A stretch of 64,000 nucleotides of DNA, taken from NCBI GenBank assembly GCA_043802485.1, contig JAZDKZ010000005.1:1-64000 (forward strand), written 5' to 3'. The DNA comes from Candidatus Aenigmatarchaeota archaeon (GTDB taxonomy: Archaea; Aenigmatarchaeota; Aenigmatarchaeia; Aenigmatarchaeales; Aenigmatarchaeaceae). Shown piece after piece: positions 1 to 10,112 of the stretch. The translations under genes and the position numbers were made by a program. The notes beneath the pieces were generated by a model that was given only the letters and a program-made list of their open reading frames with translations, did no database searches and had not been told where the DNA came from. Positions within the stretch are counted from its first letter, which is position 1. Each line of letters begins with the position of its first letter.

Positions 1-787
1 TAATAAAGCGGACATAGGGCCCCCGAGCAGATGCGAGGCCGCGGACAGCAACAGCTGCAAGGACCCGAACACGGCAGACTGCGCCCCGCAGGCCAACGAC
101 GCTGTGCAGTACACATGCGACACGTGCAAGTACATATCGTCCTCAAGCTGCACCGGAACAACCTTGGGAGGCTGCACCAACTACCCATCCACCACCGTAT
201 GCGACCAGAAGGACTGCGACTATCTGGACGCTTGCCACGGCGTTACCTGGTACGAGTATGATGATTGCACTTTTTACTGCGACAGCGGAAGCTGCCCCAA
301 CTGCCAGTGCGGCGGCGAGACGTCTGTCTGCGACTGCCACTTGCAGACGCCTGACTGCTCTCAGGCAGGCAACTGGGACGGAGACTCGATAGCGTGCAAC
401 TGCAACTGCGATGACTATGACATCGAGGAGACAGTGACCAACGGCAACACGTGCGGCGACGGCAAGGACAACGACTGCGACGGTTTGATTGATACGAGAG
501 AGCCGGACTGCCCGGAGACCAGCATGAACTTTACCGGCACCCTGACCTACTCCACTGGCCTGCCTGTCAAGAACTCCCTGATAGAGGTAGTGATAAGAAA
601 CACCGCCCTGGGTTTCGAGAAGAAGGGGCACAACCTGTCGGACGGCAATGGCGTGTTCTTTGTAAGGCTGCAGAGCCTCTCATACCAGATGATGACCTCG
701 GACTTTGACCTGGCCATATACGTTGCCGGAGAAATAGAGGCAATATACGAATGCCACTATAGCAGCGCAACCGACCAGTGCCGCTAG
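1..787 (+). CDS. Cys-rich secreted/surface protein, C-terminal part (5' truncated by window edge)
   Basis: Frame open from position 2 (NKADIGPPSRCE...); many Cys; CGDGKDNDCDGLID resembles the MopE-type putative metal-binding repeat; ends in a beta-rich domain. Confidence 0.75.
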   Translation, partial: NKADIGPPSRCEAADSNSCKDPNTADCAPQANDAVQYTCDTCKYISSSSCTGTTLGGCTNYPSTTVCDQKDCDYLDACHGVTWYEYDDCTFYCDSGSCPNCQCGGETSVCDCHLQTPDCSQAGNWDGDSIACNCNCDDYDIEETVTNGNTCGDGKDNDCDGLIDTREPDCPETSMNFTGTLTYSTGLPVKNSLIEVVIRNTALGFEKKGHNLSDGNGVFFVRLQSLSYQMMTSDFDLAIYVAGEIEAIYECHYSSATDQCR

Positions 788-2022
788 AATTTTTTGGCCA
801 GGCTCTTTATTTCAATCATTTCTTCCTTGCCAGTCTTCATGTTTCTCAATGTTACTGATTTCTTTACCAATTCCTTTGGACCGACTATGACGGCAAAGGG
901 TATGCCCATGGAGCTCGCGTACTCCAGCTGCTTGGAAAGCCTCCTGGACCTGAAATCATAATCAGCCGATACTCCCTTGCTTCTCAGCTCCTTTGCAATA
1001 TCAAGAACATCCTTCCTCACCTTGTCGTTGACAGCTATGACAAAGGCCTTGACGCTTGCGCTGACATCCTTCTTGATTATCTCTATTATCCTATCAATGC
1101 CGAAGCTTATGCCTGTGGCAGGGATGTCCTCTTTCAGGAACAAACCGACAAGGTTGTCGTACCTTCCGCCTGCCGCCACCGTGCCTATCTCCTTGTCAGC
1201 AGAGACCTCGAATATGGGACCAGTGTAATAGTCCAAACCTCTGGCCAGGCTCAGGTCGACCTTAACCTTAGAACTGTCATTAACAAAGGACAGTATCTCC
1301 TTCACATCGTCAAGGCCCTGGCTCTTTATCACCTTGGCGGCCTTCTTCAGCATCTCCTCATTGGCTCCGGTTATCTTGATGAAATCGAGAATCTTTTTGA
1401 TAGCAGCCTTTGGAATAATCTCCTCAAGCTGCTTTATGACTTCCTTCTCGCCCGCCTTTTCCAGCTTGTCGATTATCCTGAAAACGTCAGGCACCTTGTC
1501 CTTGATACCAGCGTACTTGGCAAGGTCTGCCAGTATCTTCCTGCTGCTCAGCCTTACATAGAACTTTTCAAAGCCGAGCGCCTTGAAGCAATCAATAGCA
1601 CAAGAAATGTTCTCGGCATCCGCCATAAGGGAATCAGAGCCGACAATGTCGATGTCCATCTGGGTGAACTCCCTGAACCTGCCTTTGGAGACATCGTCAT
1701 ACCTCCATATCTTGCCTGTCTGGTACCTTTTGAAGGGAAGAATCATCTTGGGGTTGGATGCAATAACCCTTGCCAGCGGGACTGTTAGGTCATACCTTAG
1801 ACCGATCATTCGGCCTGCCTTGTCCTCGAACTTGTAGGCCTCCTTGACAATGCCCTCGCCTCCGGCACCTTTTTTGGATAGAACCTCCCAAGACTCTAGG
1901 GCCGGAGTGTCCAACGGCTGGAAGCCGTACAACTCGAAAACATCTTTTATGGTATCAATCACAAAGTTCTTGACCCTCATGTCTTCCGGCATCAGGTCCC
2001 TTGTGCCCTTTACTGTTTGCAT
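784..2022 (-). CDS. hisS: Histidyl-tRNA synthetase
   Basis: KGTRD, LRYDLTVP, GRFREFTQMD, LARGLDYYTG, GGRYD motifs; anticodon-binding C-terminal domain. Confidence 0.97.
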   Translation of the reverse strand: MQTVKGTRDLMPEDMRVKNFVIDTIKDVFELYGFQPLDTPALESWEVLSKKGAGGEGIVKEAYKFEDKAGRMIGLRYDLTVPLARVIASNPKMILPFKRYQTGKIWRYDDVSKGRFREFTQMDIDIVGSDSLMADAENISCAIDCFKALGFEKFYVRLSSRKILADLAKYAGIKDKVPDVFRIIDKLEKAGEKEVIKQLEEIIPKAAIKKILDFIKITGANEEMLKKAAKVIKSQGLDDVKEILSFVNDSSKVKVDLSLARGLDYYTGPIFEVSADKEIGTVAAGGRYDNLVGLFLKEDIPATGISFGIDRIIEIIKKDVSASVKAFVIAVNDKVRKDVLDIAKELRSKGVSADYDFRSRRLSKQLEYASSMGIPFAVIVGPKELVKKSVTLRNMKTGKEEMIEIKSLAKKF

Positions 2023-2126
2023 ATTGTATTTTTTAGAATCAGTAATACATAAATCTCTTGTTTTAGTTGTGAAAGTTCTCAGTCATCCTTATCACTGTGT
2101 ATATTTGTTTAGAAATCGATTTAAAA

Positions 2127-3440
2127 CTAATCTTCTCTGTGCATCTCGGAAACTGTGTGCTTGCTTCTCTTTATAAAATCTGCAGCAATGGAATCGTATG
2201 TCATTAGACCTGTAAGAGGGAATATCTCATATGTAGGCTTCTTTTGTATGACATATGAAAACATCTTCGGTATTTCTATGCATCTTTCTCTGTTTCTTTT
2301 TGCAATTTCAGAACCTATGTTGCTGGTGAAAAGGTAAGTAGGTATTCTTAGATTTGTCAGCCATTCTGCTGTTTCCCTGGAACCTGTTTCCAAAGACTGC
2401 GAAATAACAATACCTCTGACATTGTTTTTGCGTCTTTTTATTGGAATATTTTCTATCTCTTTTTGAACAATAGGCTTGTTGGTGGATTTTAGATGTGTCA
2501 CAAATTTGCCGGGAACGTTCATTCCACCATGACCACCAACCCTCATGGCTAACGATTTCCCTTCTATTCCACTTCTCTCTCCCTCAGCAGAAATTACAAG
2601 CCTCTCCACATCTTCACTGGAAATGTCGTTACATAATTTATCTATCCTATCCATCTGGTTCATTATAACAGGATAAGTTTTTCTCACCGCTTCAGAGTAT
2701 TCATAGGAAAATTTTTCTAATTGTTTTTTTATGCTGATTCTCTTCCCAGACATTTTCCATTTTTTGTATGACGCTATGGAAACATCATCAACAAACCGCG
2801 TACCCCATTCATAAAAATTACCACCAGGGCTTAGGCCCGTATTCTCTTCGAACTTGCCTACAGCCCTCTCTCTACCAGGAACTTCTATTACAAGGCTTTT
2901 GGAAGCATCGAACCACGGATATGCTTCTTTGAACTCTTTCTTTTGATCGACCGTTTTTTCAAAACCTTCAAACTGTATTTTTCTTCCGCCTTTTGATGTT
3001 ATTGTAAGCTCCTTAACACCATCAACTTGATTTGCTACTATTTGAGCCAAAGGAGATTTGTAATTAGAGGTCATACAGCCTACACACACATTTTCCTCCA
3101 CAGCCCTGTAAGCTTTGTGTATAATGGGTATTTTTGTGCCAGAACCACTGCTGGGATCGTAAAAATCTCCCTTTTTCCATTTGGACGTTAGTTCATCGTT
3201 TTGATGTATAGACCATAATCCGGCAGCCCTAGAATCGGTAGCAGTTATCATTTTCATAAAACCGCTTCTCCCATCACCGTCTGGATGAATCGTTAGTTGT
3301 GGTTCGTTTTTTTGCCTGTAATTGTCAAGATTTTTTATGCGATATATGAGATTATCTTCCTGCCTCTCTATTTCGTTCCTTAGAATCTGGGATTGGGCTA
3401 CATAGAGACTCATATTAACAGGCACTACTGATTTGCTCAT
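2127..3440 (-). CDS. Hypothetical protein with C-terminal divergent SIS (HxlB/PHI-like) domain
   Basis: SAEGERSGIEGKSLAMRV, GIVISQSLETGS, FTSNIGSEIAK and YDSIAADF...SEM parallel 6-phospho-3-hexuloisomerase motifs; N-terminal ~250 aa unrecognised. Confidence 0.55.
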   Translation of the reverse strand: MSKSVVPVNMSLYVAQSQILRNEIERQEDNLIYRIKNLDNYRQKNEPQLTIHPDGDGRSGFMKMITATDSRAAGLWSIHQNDELTSKWKKGDFYDPSSGSGTKIPIIHKAYRAVEENVCVGCMTSNYKSPLAQIVANQVDGVKELTITSKGGRKIQFEGFEKTVDQKKEFKEAYPWFDASKSLVIEVPGRERAVGKFEENTGLSPGGNFYEWGTRFVDDVSIASYKKWKMSGKRISIKKQLEKFSYEYSEAVRKTYPVIMNQMDRIDKLCNDISSEDVERLVISAEGERSGIEGKSLAMRVGGHGGMNVPGKFVTHLKSTNKPIVQKEIENIPIKRRKNNVRGIVISQSLETGSRETAEWLTNLRIPTYLFTSNIGSEIAKRNRERCIEIPKMFSYVIQKKPTYEIFPLTGLMTYDSIAADFIKRSKHTVSEMHRED

Positions 3441-3483
3441 GCATATAGAAATGTGTAAAAATATTTATGTCTTACGGTAAAAG

Positions 3484-3759
3484 CTAATTTATGATTTCAA
3501 AGCTCTCGAACTCTCCCCTATAGTCCTTGTAATCAACTTTGGTGTCATCGATCCGAGCAGTCGACGGTCCTTTTTTGCACCACTCGACCATCTGCTCAAC
3601 GCTTTCCTTCTCGCCCTCTACCAGAACCTCCACATAGTCCAGCGAGTTCTTGATCCAGCCGTTCAAGCCCAAAGATTTAGCTTTGATTCTTGCGGAAAAC
3701 CGGAAGCCCACGCCCTGCACGCTGCCGAAAATATAGACACGCGCCCTAACCAATATCAA
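3484..3759 (-). CDS. acyP: Acylphosphatase
   Basis: GSVQGVGFR, GWIKN, WCKKGP motifs; 91 aa. Confidence 0.95.
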   Translation of the reverse strand: MILVRARVYIFGSVQGVGFRFSARIKAKSLGLNGWIKNSLDYVEVLVEGEKESVEQMVEWCKKGPSTARIDDTKVDYKDYRGEFESFEIIN

Positions 3760-4183
3760 CTATATCCCCGATAGTGAGCTTTTTTGAATTAACAGCCTTC
3801 TCCACCAGCCTTTCGACAATCTCTTCCTTCAGCTTTATGCTAAAGAACCTTTCGACCTTTTCCACAAGCTTCATGGGAGGCTTCCAACCCTCCTCTATTC
3901 TTTTAATCACAGAATGCTTCTCGCTCAGTTTTTTGGCAAGCTCCTCCTGCGTAAGCTTGCGCTTCTCCCTTGCCCTTCTTACAACCTTGTGAAAGTCCTG
4001 CACCAATACCTGGTCAGAACCTTCCAGCTCCATTGTCCTTCGAACAGGAACCCTGTACTCCACGTCATGTATCGCCTGGCCGAACTTTGCGCACTTGTCG
4101 CAGACATTGACAACAGCGCCCTCGACCTTGGCCTTTCCCTTTGACTTGGAACCGCACAGCACACATTCAGAAATTGTACTCAC
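3746..4183 (-). CDS. mbf1: Archaeal multiprotein bridging factor aMBF1 (Zn ribbon + HTH)
   Basis: CxxCG...VEGAVVNVCDKC Zn ribbon; AREKRKLTQEELAKKLSEK HTH; C-terminal LTIGDIV. Confidence 0.9.
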   Translation of the reverse strand: MSTISECVLCGSKSKGKAKVEGAVVNVCDKCAKFGQAIHDVEYRVPVRRTMELEGSDQVLVQDFHKVVRRAREKRKLTQEELAKKLSEKHSVIKRIEEGWKPPMKLVEKVERFFSIKLKEEIVERLVEKAVNSKKLTIGDIVDIG

Positions 4184-4310
4184 CCCTTAAGCACTATGTA
4201 TAAATAGGTTTTCAAAGAATAAATAATTGGGTTGGTATGACCGGTGGACTTCAAATTAGGCTCTAAAGATTTATTTAAACATAATTGTCTATTATTTCTA
4301 GGTGTTTTAG

Positions 4311-7166
4311 ATGCAATATGAACCACAGGAATTAGAGAAAGCCATACTAAAGTTCTGGGAAAAGAACAAGCTGATTGAAAAATCTCTTATTCTTAGGGAG
4401 AAGAGCAAGAAACGCTTCTCCTTTTTGGACGGCCCGCCTACGGCGAACAACCCGATGGGCGTCCACCATGCATGGGGCAGGGCCTACAAGGACCTATTCT
4501 TAAGATTCAAGACCATGCAGGGCTTTGAAACAAGAAAACAGCCAGGCTTTGACTGCCAGGGCCTGTGGGTCGAGGTTGGCGTGGAGAAGGAGCTGGGCTT
4601 CAAGACCAAGAAGGAGATAGAGGACTATGGCTTGGACAAGTTCGTGACAAAGTGCGTCAGCACTGTCATGAGTTATGTTGACGTGTGGATTGACCTTTCA
4701 AAGAAGCTGGGCATGTGGATGGACTGGAAGCATCCGTATCTGACTCTTTCGGACAAGAATATAGAGGGCATATGGTACTTTTTGAAAAAATGCCAGGAGA
4801 AGAAATGGCTTTACCAGGGAATAAAGGTTCTGCCGTGGTGCTCCAGGTGCGGAACGTCCCTGTCAGCTCATGAGGTCTCTGGCGGCTACAAGATGAAAAA
4901 GCACACTGGCATCTTTTTCAAGTTCAAGGTAAAGGACGCTGATAATGTTTACTTGCTGGTTTACACCACAACGCCATGGACCCTGGTTTCCAACGTTGCT
5001 GTTGCCGCCAACCCGGACGAGGAATATGCCAAGGTGAAGATAGGCAACGATTACTTCATACTGGGCAAGACGCTTTTGGAGAAGGTCTTCCCTGAAAAGG
5101 ACTACAAGCTAATTGACATTTTCTTTGGAAGAGAGCTGGTGGAGATGTTATACGAGAATCCCATGAAGGAGCTTTTACCTCTACAGTGGAACGTAACAGG
5201 ACAGGTTGTCCTTTCAAAAGAATTCGTTAGCATGGAAGAGGGAACCGGTTTGGTCCACATAGCCCCAGGTCACGGCCCTGAGGACTACCAGATAGGCCAG
5301 GAGTTCAACCTGCCGACGCTGTCACCTCTGGATGAGGAGGGCAAGTTCACAGAAGATGCAGGCTGGCTCAAGGGCATGCCTGTGAAGGAAGCCAACAAGT
5401 CGGTGCTGCAAAGGCTCGGGGAGATGGGCGCCATATTCAAAGAGATGGTCATAGAGCACAGCTATCCTTGCTGCTGGCGATGCGAAGAGGAATTGATCTA
5501 CAGGACAGGCAAGGGCTGGTTCATATCCTCCGAGGAGATAAGGCCGATGATGGTGAAGGCTGCAGAGCCTGTGGTAGGATATCCTGAATGGACCAAGAAG
5601 AGCATGATGGACTGGATAGACAACCTGAGGGACTGGAACATCTCCAGGAAAAGGTACTATGGCATACCGCTTCCTTTCTGGTTGTGCAGCAACGGGCACC
5701 TGGAAGTTATAGGCAGCGTTGACGAGCTGAAGAAAAAGGCTGTCAGCGGCATTGACCAGTTGAAAGAGCTGCACAGGCCGTGGATTGACAATGTTATAAT
5801 CAAATGTTCTGAGTGCGACAAGGAGATGAAGAGAGTGGACGAGGTCGGCGACTGCTGGCTTGACGCAGGCATAGTTCCCTTCTCTACCTTGGGTTATTTT
5901 GACGACAAGAAATACTGGAACAAGTGGTTCCCGGCAGACTTTGTGACAGAGATGCACGAGCAGGTGAGGCTGTGGTTCAACGCCATGATGTTCATGTCCG
6001 TCACCCTGGAGAACAAGGCGCCCTACAAGTCGTTCCTGGCCCACGGCATGGTGCTTGACGAGAAGATGAGGGAGATGCACAAGAGCACTGGCAACGCCAT
6101 ATGGGCTGACGAGGCCCTGGAGAAGATAGGCGCGGACGTGATGAGATGGATGTACTGCACACAGAACCCCGGGCAGCCGCTGCCCTTCGGCTACACGCCT
6201 GCGAAAGAGGTAAGGAAGATCCTTAATGTATTGTACAATACCTCAAAGTTCCTGCAGACATACATGGAAGCAAACAAGATGAAGCCTTCTGAAATGAAAA
6301 GACCTGATCCAGCCAGCTTATGGCTTTTGGCAAGGCTGCAGACAGTGAAGGAGACTGTGACCAATTCTTTGGAAGAGCTGAAACCACATGTCGCCACTAA
6401 AGCCTTACAGGACTTTTTCCTGAACGACCTTTCAAGATGGTACGGCCAAATAATAAGGGGCGACATAAAGCCTGATGTCGACTCCAAAAACAAGCAAGTC
6501 ATACTGAACACCTTCTACAAGGTCATGCTAGAAACGCTGGAACTGATGGCGCCTTTCTTACCTTTCATGACAGAGTCTTTGTACCAGGATTTTTTCAAAA
6601 AGTTCGAGAAAGAGGAGAGCATACACTTTACAGACTGGCCTGAAGTTGAAAAAAAGTACCAGAAGAAGGAACTTGAGGAAGGTATGGAGGCTGTGAAGAA
6701 GATTGTCGAGGCGTCAAACTCGATAAGGCACGAGAATGGAATCAAGCTCAGGTACAAGTTGCCGAGCCTGACAGTCGATATCGGCAAAAAGACTAAAGCA
6801 GTGAAAAAATTGAAAGTAATAATAGAGAATATGGCCAATGTCGAGAAGGCAGAGTTCTCCAAATTAGAAAAGGGCAAAGAAGTGGAGAGTATGAAAATAG
6901 AACTCAACACAAAAGGCACACCTGAACTGAAAGAAGAATGGATGATAAGCGAACTGACCAGAAGCGTGCAGTCAAAGAGAAAGAAGATGGGCCTGCAGAT
7001 AAAGGACAAGATAACGCTACACCTTCCTGAAAATGAACTGTTCCAGAAAGAAGTTAAAAGGATAGAGGAGACGACTGGAAGCAAGGTAGTATTCGGAAAG
7101 CTAGCTGGGGAAAAGTCGGACTTTACTTTCGAGGACAAGAAATACGAATTCGGGATAAAGGTTTAG
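4311..7166 (+). CDS. ileS: Isoleucyl-tRNA synthetase (type 2, GVHH/EMHKS signature variants)
   Basis: DGPPTANNPMGVHH, YTTTPWTL, GTGLVHIAPGHG editing domain, WNISRKRYYG, EMHKSTGN. Confidence 0.95.
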   Translation: MQYEPQELEKAILKFWEKNKLIEKSLILREKSKKRFSFLDGPPTANNPMGVHHAWGRAYKDLFLRFKTMQGFETRKQPGFDCQGLWVEVGVEKELGFKTKKEIEDYGLDKFVTKCVSTVMSYVDVWIDLSKKLGMWMDWKHPYLTLSDKNIEGIWYFLKKCQEKKWLYQGIKVLPWCSRCGTSLSAHEVSGGYKMKKHTGIFFKFKVKDADNVYLLVYTTTPWTLVSNVAVAANPDEEYAKVKIGNDYFILGKTLLEKVFPEKDYKLIDIFFGRELVEMLYENPMKELLPLQWNVTGQVVLSKEFVSMEEGTGLVHIAPGHGPEDYQIGQEFNLPTLSPLDEEGKFTEDAGWLKGMPVKEANKSVLQRLGEMGAIFKEMVIEHSYPCCWRCEEELIYRTGKGWFISSEEIRPMMVKAAEPVVGYPEWTKKSMMDWIDNLRDWNISRKRYYGIPLPFWLCSNGHLEVIGSVDELKKKAVSGIDQLKELHRPWIDNVIIKCSECDKEMKRVDEVGDCWLDAGIVPFSTLGYFDDKKYWNKWFPADFVTEMHEQVRLWFNAMMFMSVTLENKAPYKSFLAHGMVLDEKMREMHKSTGNAIWADEALEKIGADVMRWMYCTQNPGQPLPFGYTPAKEVRKILNVLYNTSKFLQTYMEANKMKPSEMKRPDPASLWLLARLQTVKETVTNSLEELKPHVATKALQDFFLNDLSRWYGQIIRGDIKPDVDSKNKQVILNTFYKVMLETLELMAPFLPFMTESLYQDFFKKFEKEESIHFTDWPEVEKKYQKKELEEGMEAVKKIVEASNSIRHENGIKLRYKLPSLTVDIGKKTKAVKKLKVIIENMANVEKAEFSKLEKGKEVESMKIELNTKGTPELKEEWMISELTRSVQSKRKKMGLQIKDKITLHLPENELFQKEVKRIEETTGSKVVFGKLAGEKSDFTFEDKKYEFGIKV

Positions 7167-7171
7167 AAATA

Positions 7172-7366
7172 TCACTTTGGTTTGTTCTTATTGACAACAC
7201 ATACAATATAGCCAGCGACCTTGTTCCTTACGGACTTGTCGCTAAGCAACTGCATCTCGTTCAAGACAGTCTTGTTATTCTCAAAATCCTTGCTAAACTT
7301 GTCTGGATGCTGCTCTACAAGCTTCTTTGACAGCTTTTTAATCAGTTTTGTTCTTATACATCCCAT
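7172..7366 (-). CDS. rps17e: 30S ribosomal protein S17e
   Basis: MGCIRTKLIK...FSKDFENNK...RNKVAGYI; GGTGA SD upstream. Confidence 0.93.
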   Translation of the reverse strand: MGCIRTKLIKKLSKKLVEQHPDKFSKDFENNKTVLNEMQLLSDKSVRNKVAGYIVCVVNKNKPK

Positions 7367-7411
7367 CTAATCACCGTAGCTTTTTATTGTTGTGGAATTA
7401 ATAAATAACTT

Positions 7412-8419
7412 ATGCATTACCTTGTTTTAAGCTTTGCAGGCCTGTTTGTATTTGACAAGGACAACAAGCTGGTGGACAGCAGGCTCTTTGAGAAGGATCC
7501 TCAGATGATAGCCAAAGCTATGACCGAATTCGACGCAGGCAAGGAGTCAAAGGAGCTTAGAGAATTGAAGAAAAAGTACAAGAACCTTGCCGTCGAGCAG
7601 CCCAATCAGGCTTCCGAATACCTAAAGGATAACTTTAGGGAGATTATTCTTGAATCAAAATTCGCAAAAGACGACGCAGAACTGAACCGCCTTATAGGCG
7701 CGGTTTCCATGGAAAGGTCCAAGATCAAGATATCCAAGACCGAGAAGAGGGACAAGATAATAATCCAGTCTGTCTCTGCCCTGAACGACCTGGACAGGAT
7801 ACTGAACACCATGAGCGAGAGGCTCAGGGAGTGGTACGGCCTGCACTATCCTGAACTAGATGTCAAGGACCATGAAAAGTTCACCGAGAAGATAATAAAG
7901 TTCGGTGACAGGAAGAACTTTGAAAAGTTCGAAAGGAGCATGGGAACCGAGCTCAAGGAGGAGGACATAGCAATCATCCAGGAGTATGCCTCTTCATTGA
8001 AGAACCTTTACACGCTGAAGAACGGCATTGAAAAATACCTTGAGAAAACCGTTCCTGAGGAAATGCCTAATCTCAATGCGTTGCTGGGCCCGACACTCAC
8101 GGCAAGGGTTCTGTCTATAGCAGGCTCGTTGGAAAGGCTGGCAAAGATGCCCTCGTCGTCAATACAGTTATTGGGGGCTGAGAAGAGCCTGTTCAGGTTC
8201 CTGAAGGACAAGAAGATAAAGAACCCGCCCAAGTTCGGTTTATTGTTCACGCATCCTGACATTTCGAACGCGAAGAAGGAATTGCAGGGCAAGGTTGCCA
8301 GGATTTTGTCAAGCAAGCTGACCATAGCAGCCAGAGCAGATTTCTATTCAAAGACAAACATGTCCGAGAAACTGCTGTCAGATTACAAGAAGAAGCTGGA
8401 AAAGGTTCTGTCAAGCTGA
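7412..8419 (+). CDS. nop5: C/D box RNP core protein Nop5 (Nop56/58)
   Basis: ERLREWYGLHYPEL, LAKMPSSSIQLLGAEKSLF, PPKFGLLF, GKVARILSSKLTIAARAD. Confidence 0.95.
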   Translation: MHYLVLSFAGLFVFDKDNKLVDSRLFEKDPQMIAKAMTEFDAGKESKELRELKKKYKNLAVEQPNQASEYLKDNFREIILESKFAKDDAELNRLIGAVSMERSKIKISKTEKRDKIIIQSVSALNDLDRILNTMSERLREWYGLHYPELDVKDHEKFTEKIIKFGDRKNFEKFERSMGTELKEEDIAIIQEYASSLKNLYTLKNGIEKYLEKTVPEEMPNLNALLGPTLTARVLSIAGSLERLAKMPSSSIQLLGAEKSLFRFLKDKKIKNPPKFGLLFTHPDISNAKKELQGKVARILSSKLTIAARADFYSKTNMSEKLLSDYKKKLEKVLSS

Positions 8420-8680
8420 TTTTTTCGCTATCAAGTATACTATTGCGTGAAAATGCGGTTTCCCGTTCTTTCCGTGACTCTCAGGCCCTATCATTTTTTC
8501 TTCATATTCCAGTATTTTCCAATCAGTGTACATTGACAAAAGCTCTCCCTTGAAAAGATATGGAATTTTTTTATAGGGATTGTCTTCGGTGAAAGCTGTT
8601 ATAATGTCAGAAACGGCTTTGCTGGGCTCTTCCAAAAACGAACTTTCTTTTTTGTACCGCTCTTCAAAGAAATTGACCAT
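8411..8680 (-). pseudogene. Internally deleted TehB-like SAM methyltransferase remnant
   Basis: N-terminus (FFEERYKKESSFLEEPS) and C-terminus (FKGELLSMYTDWKILEYEE...HAIVYLIAKK) resemble TehB-like MTases; no GxGxG SAM motif in 89 aa. Confidence 0.45.
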
Positions 8681-8703
8681 ATCTATTATTTATTGAAACC
8701 GGC

Positions 8704-9414
8704 TTAAAGCTTGGTTATCTTGTCTGCAATCTCACGGCCGCCCGTTATTTCTGGAGCGACTATCACATCTGCCCCAGCCCTCTCAAACTCCGCCTGGGAG
8801 CTGTGGTCATTGACCCTAGCGGCGATCTTTATCTTCGGGTTGAGGTCCTTTGAGGTCAGTATCAGGAAAACGTTCTTGCTGTCATCGTTCGTGCATGCCA
8901 GTATGCCCTTGGCGGTTTTGATCTTGGCCTTGTTCAGCACTTCCTCGTTGACGCAGTCGCCAGCAAGCACAGTGTAACCTCTTCTCTTCAGGAACTCTAT
9001 CCTAGGGCAGTCGTTGTCAATGACAACAACCTTCCTGCCGCTCTTCTTTAGCTTCTCTGCTGCGTGCATCCCCACCCTTCCAGCACCGCACACGATGTAA
9101 TGGTTCTTCATTGAAGAAAGTCTCATGCTCATCAAAAAGCCCCCTATTCTTAATTCGCTCAATAGAAAAATAACCTTTTCGAACATATAAAACGTCAGGC
9201 CAAGCGAAAGGAATATCAGAACTATGTAGAATACATCTCCAATTGTGTCGCTTGTTCCCGCGGTGAGTATCTGCAAGAAGAATGTCATCAGGGCGCTGAA
9301 AAAGTCCATGTTGTAATAGACGCTTATCAGAAAAGTTGCGACAATAACAATTGTCAGGATTATTATCAGTATCGTTCTAAGCTCCCTGAGCGCCTGCATT
9401 GTTTCTTCTCTCAT
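8704..9414 (-). CDS. MthK/Kch-like ion channel (2 TM + RCK_N/TrkA-N), non-canonical filter
   Basis: Two TM helices around a pore segment LTAGTSD; HYIVCGAGRVG, GD...VLNKAKI, ARVN, AGADVIVAP RCK domain. Confidence 0.85.
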   Translation of the reverse strand: MREETMQALRELRTILIIILTIVIVATFLISVYYNMDFFSALMTFFLQILTAGTSDTIGDVFYIVLIFLSLGLTFYMFEKVIFLLSELRIGGFLMSMRLSSMKNHYIVCGAGRVGMHAAEKLKKSGRKVVVIDNDCPRIEFLKRRGYTVLAGDCVNEEVLNKAKIKTAKGILACTNDDSKNVFLILTSKDLNPKIKIAARVNDHSSQAEFERAGADVIVAPEITGGREIADKITKL

Positions 9415-9452
9415 AAAATCTAATATATACGTCTGGCTTAAATAATATTACA

Positions 9453-10112
9453 ATGAGAGAGATATTCAACGGAGTTTTCTTGGACGACAAAAAGCTGCTC
9501 ACAGAGAATTCTGTGCCAGGCTACAGGCCTTTTGACGAGGAGATATTAAAGCGCGGCAGGCACGAGTTCAGGGTGTGGAATCCCAGGAGGTCGAAGCTGG
9601 CAGCAGCCATAGTCAAGGGCATAAAGATTGTTCCAATCAAAAAAGGAAGCAAGATACTCTACCTTGGCTCAGCGCACGGCATGACGCCCAGCTTTATCGC
9701 CAACATTGTGAAGGACACGGGAATTGTATATGCCATCGAGTTCTCGGACAGGTGCTTTAACAATCTTTTGCCCTTGTGCGAAAAGTACAAGAACATAACT
9801 CCGATACTGGCAGACGCCAGAAAGCCTGAGACATACTACTGGGTAGAGAAGGTGGACGTGGTCTACATAGATGTTGCTCAGCCAGACGAGACGGAAATTG
9901 CGGTAAGGAACTGCAAAGAGTTCCTGAAACCGAAAGGCTACCTGATGATGGCCGTGAAATCCAGAAGCATAGACGTGACAAAGTCTCCTGGCAAGATATA
10001 CAAAGAAGAGATTGAAAAATTGAAAAAGGCCGGCTTCGAGATAGTCGACTGGAAGACCCTAGACCCTCTGGAAAAGGCACACGCCTTCATAGTCGCCAGG
10101 TCAAAAGTTTAG
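9453..10112 (+). CDS. flpA: Fibrillarin-like 2'-O-methyltransferase
   Basis: RVWNPRRSKLAAAI, LYLGSAHGMT, DVAQPD, KSRSIDVT. Confidence 0.96.
   Translation: MREIFNGVFLDDKKLLTENSVPGYRPFDEEILKRGRHEFRVWNPRRSKLAAAIVKGIKIVPIKKGSKILYLGSAHGMTPSFIANIVKDTGIVYAIEFSDRCFNNLLPLCEKYKNITPILADARKPETYYWVEKVDVVYIDVAQPDETEIAVRNCKEFLKPKGYLMMAVKSRSIDVTKSPGKIYKEEIEKLKKAGFEIVDWKTLDPLEKAHAFIVARSKV

Noticed and set aside
5322..7138. Long antisense ORFs here and opposite other core genes
   Set aside because: Shadows of well-supported genes, with no motifs of their own
8701..9442. ggcttaaa direct repeat flanking the channel gene as a target-site duplication
   Set aside because: Better explained as TATA-like promoter elements (TTTAAGCC) of two minus-strand genes
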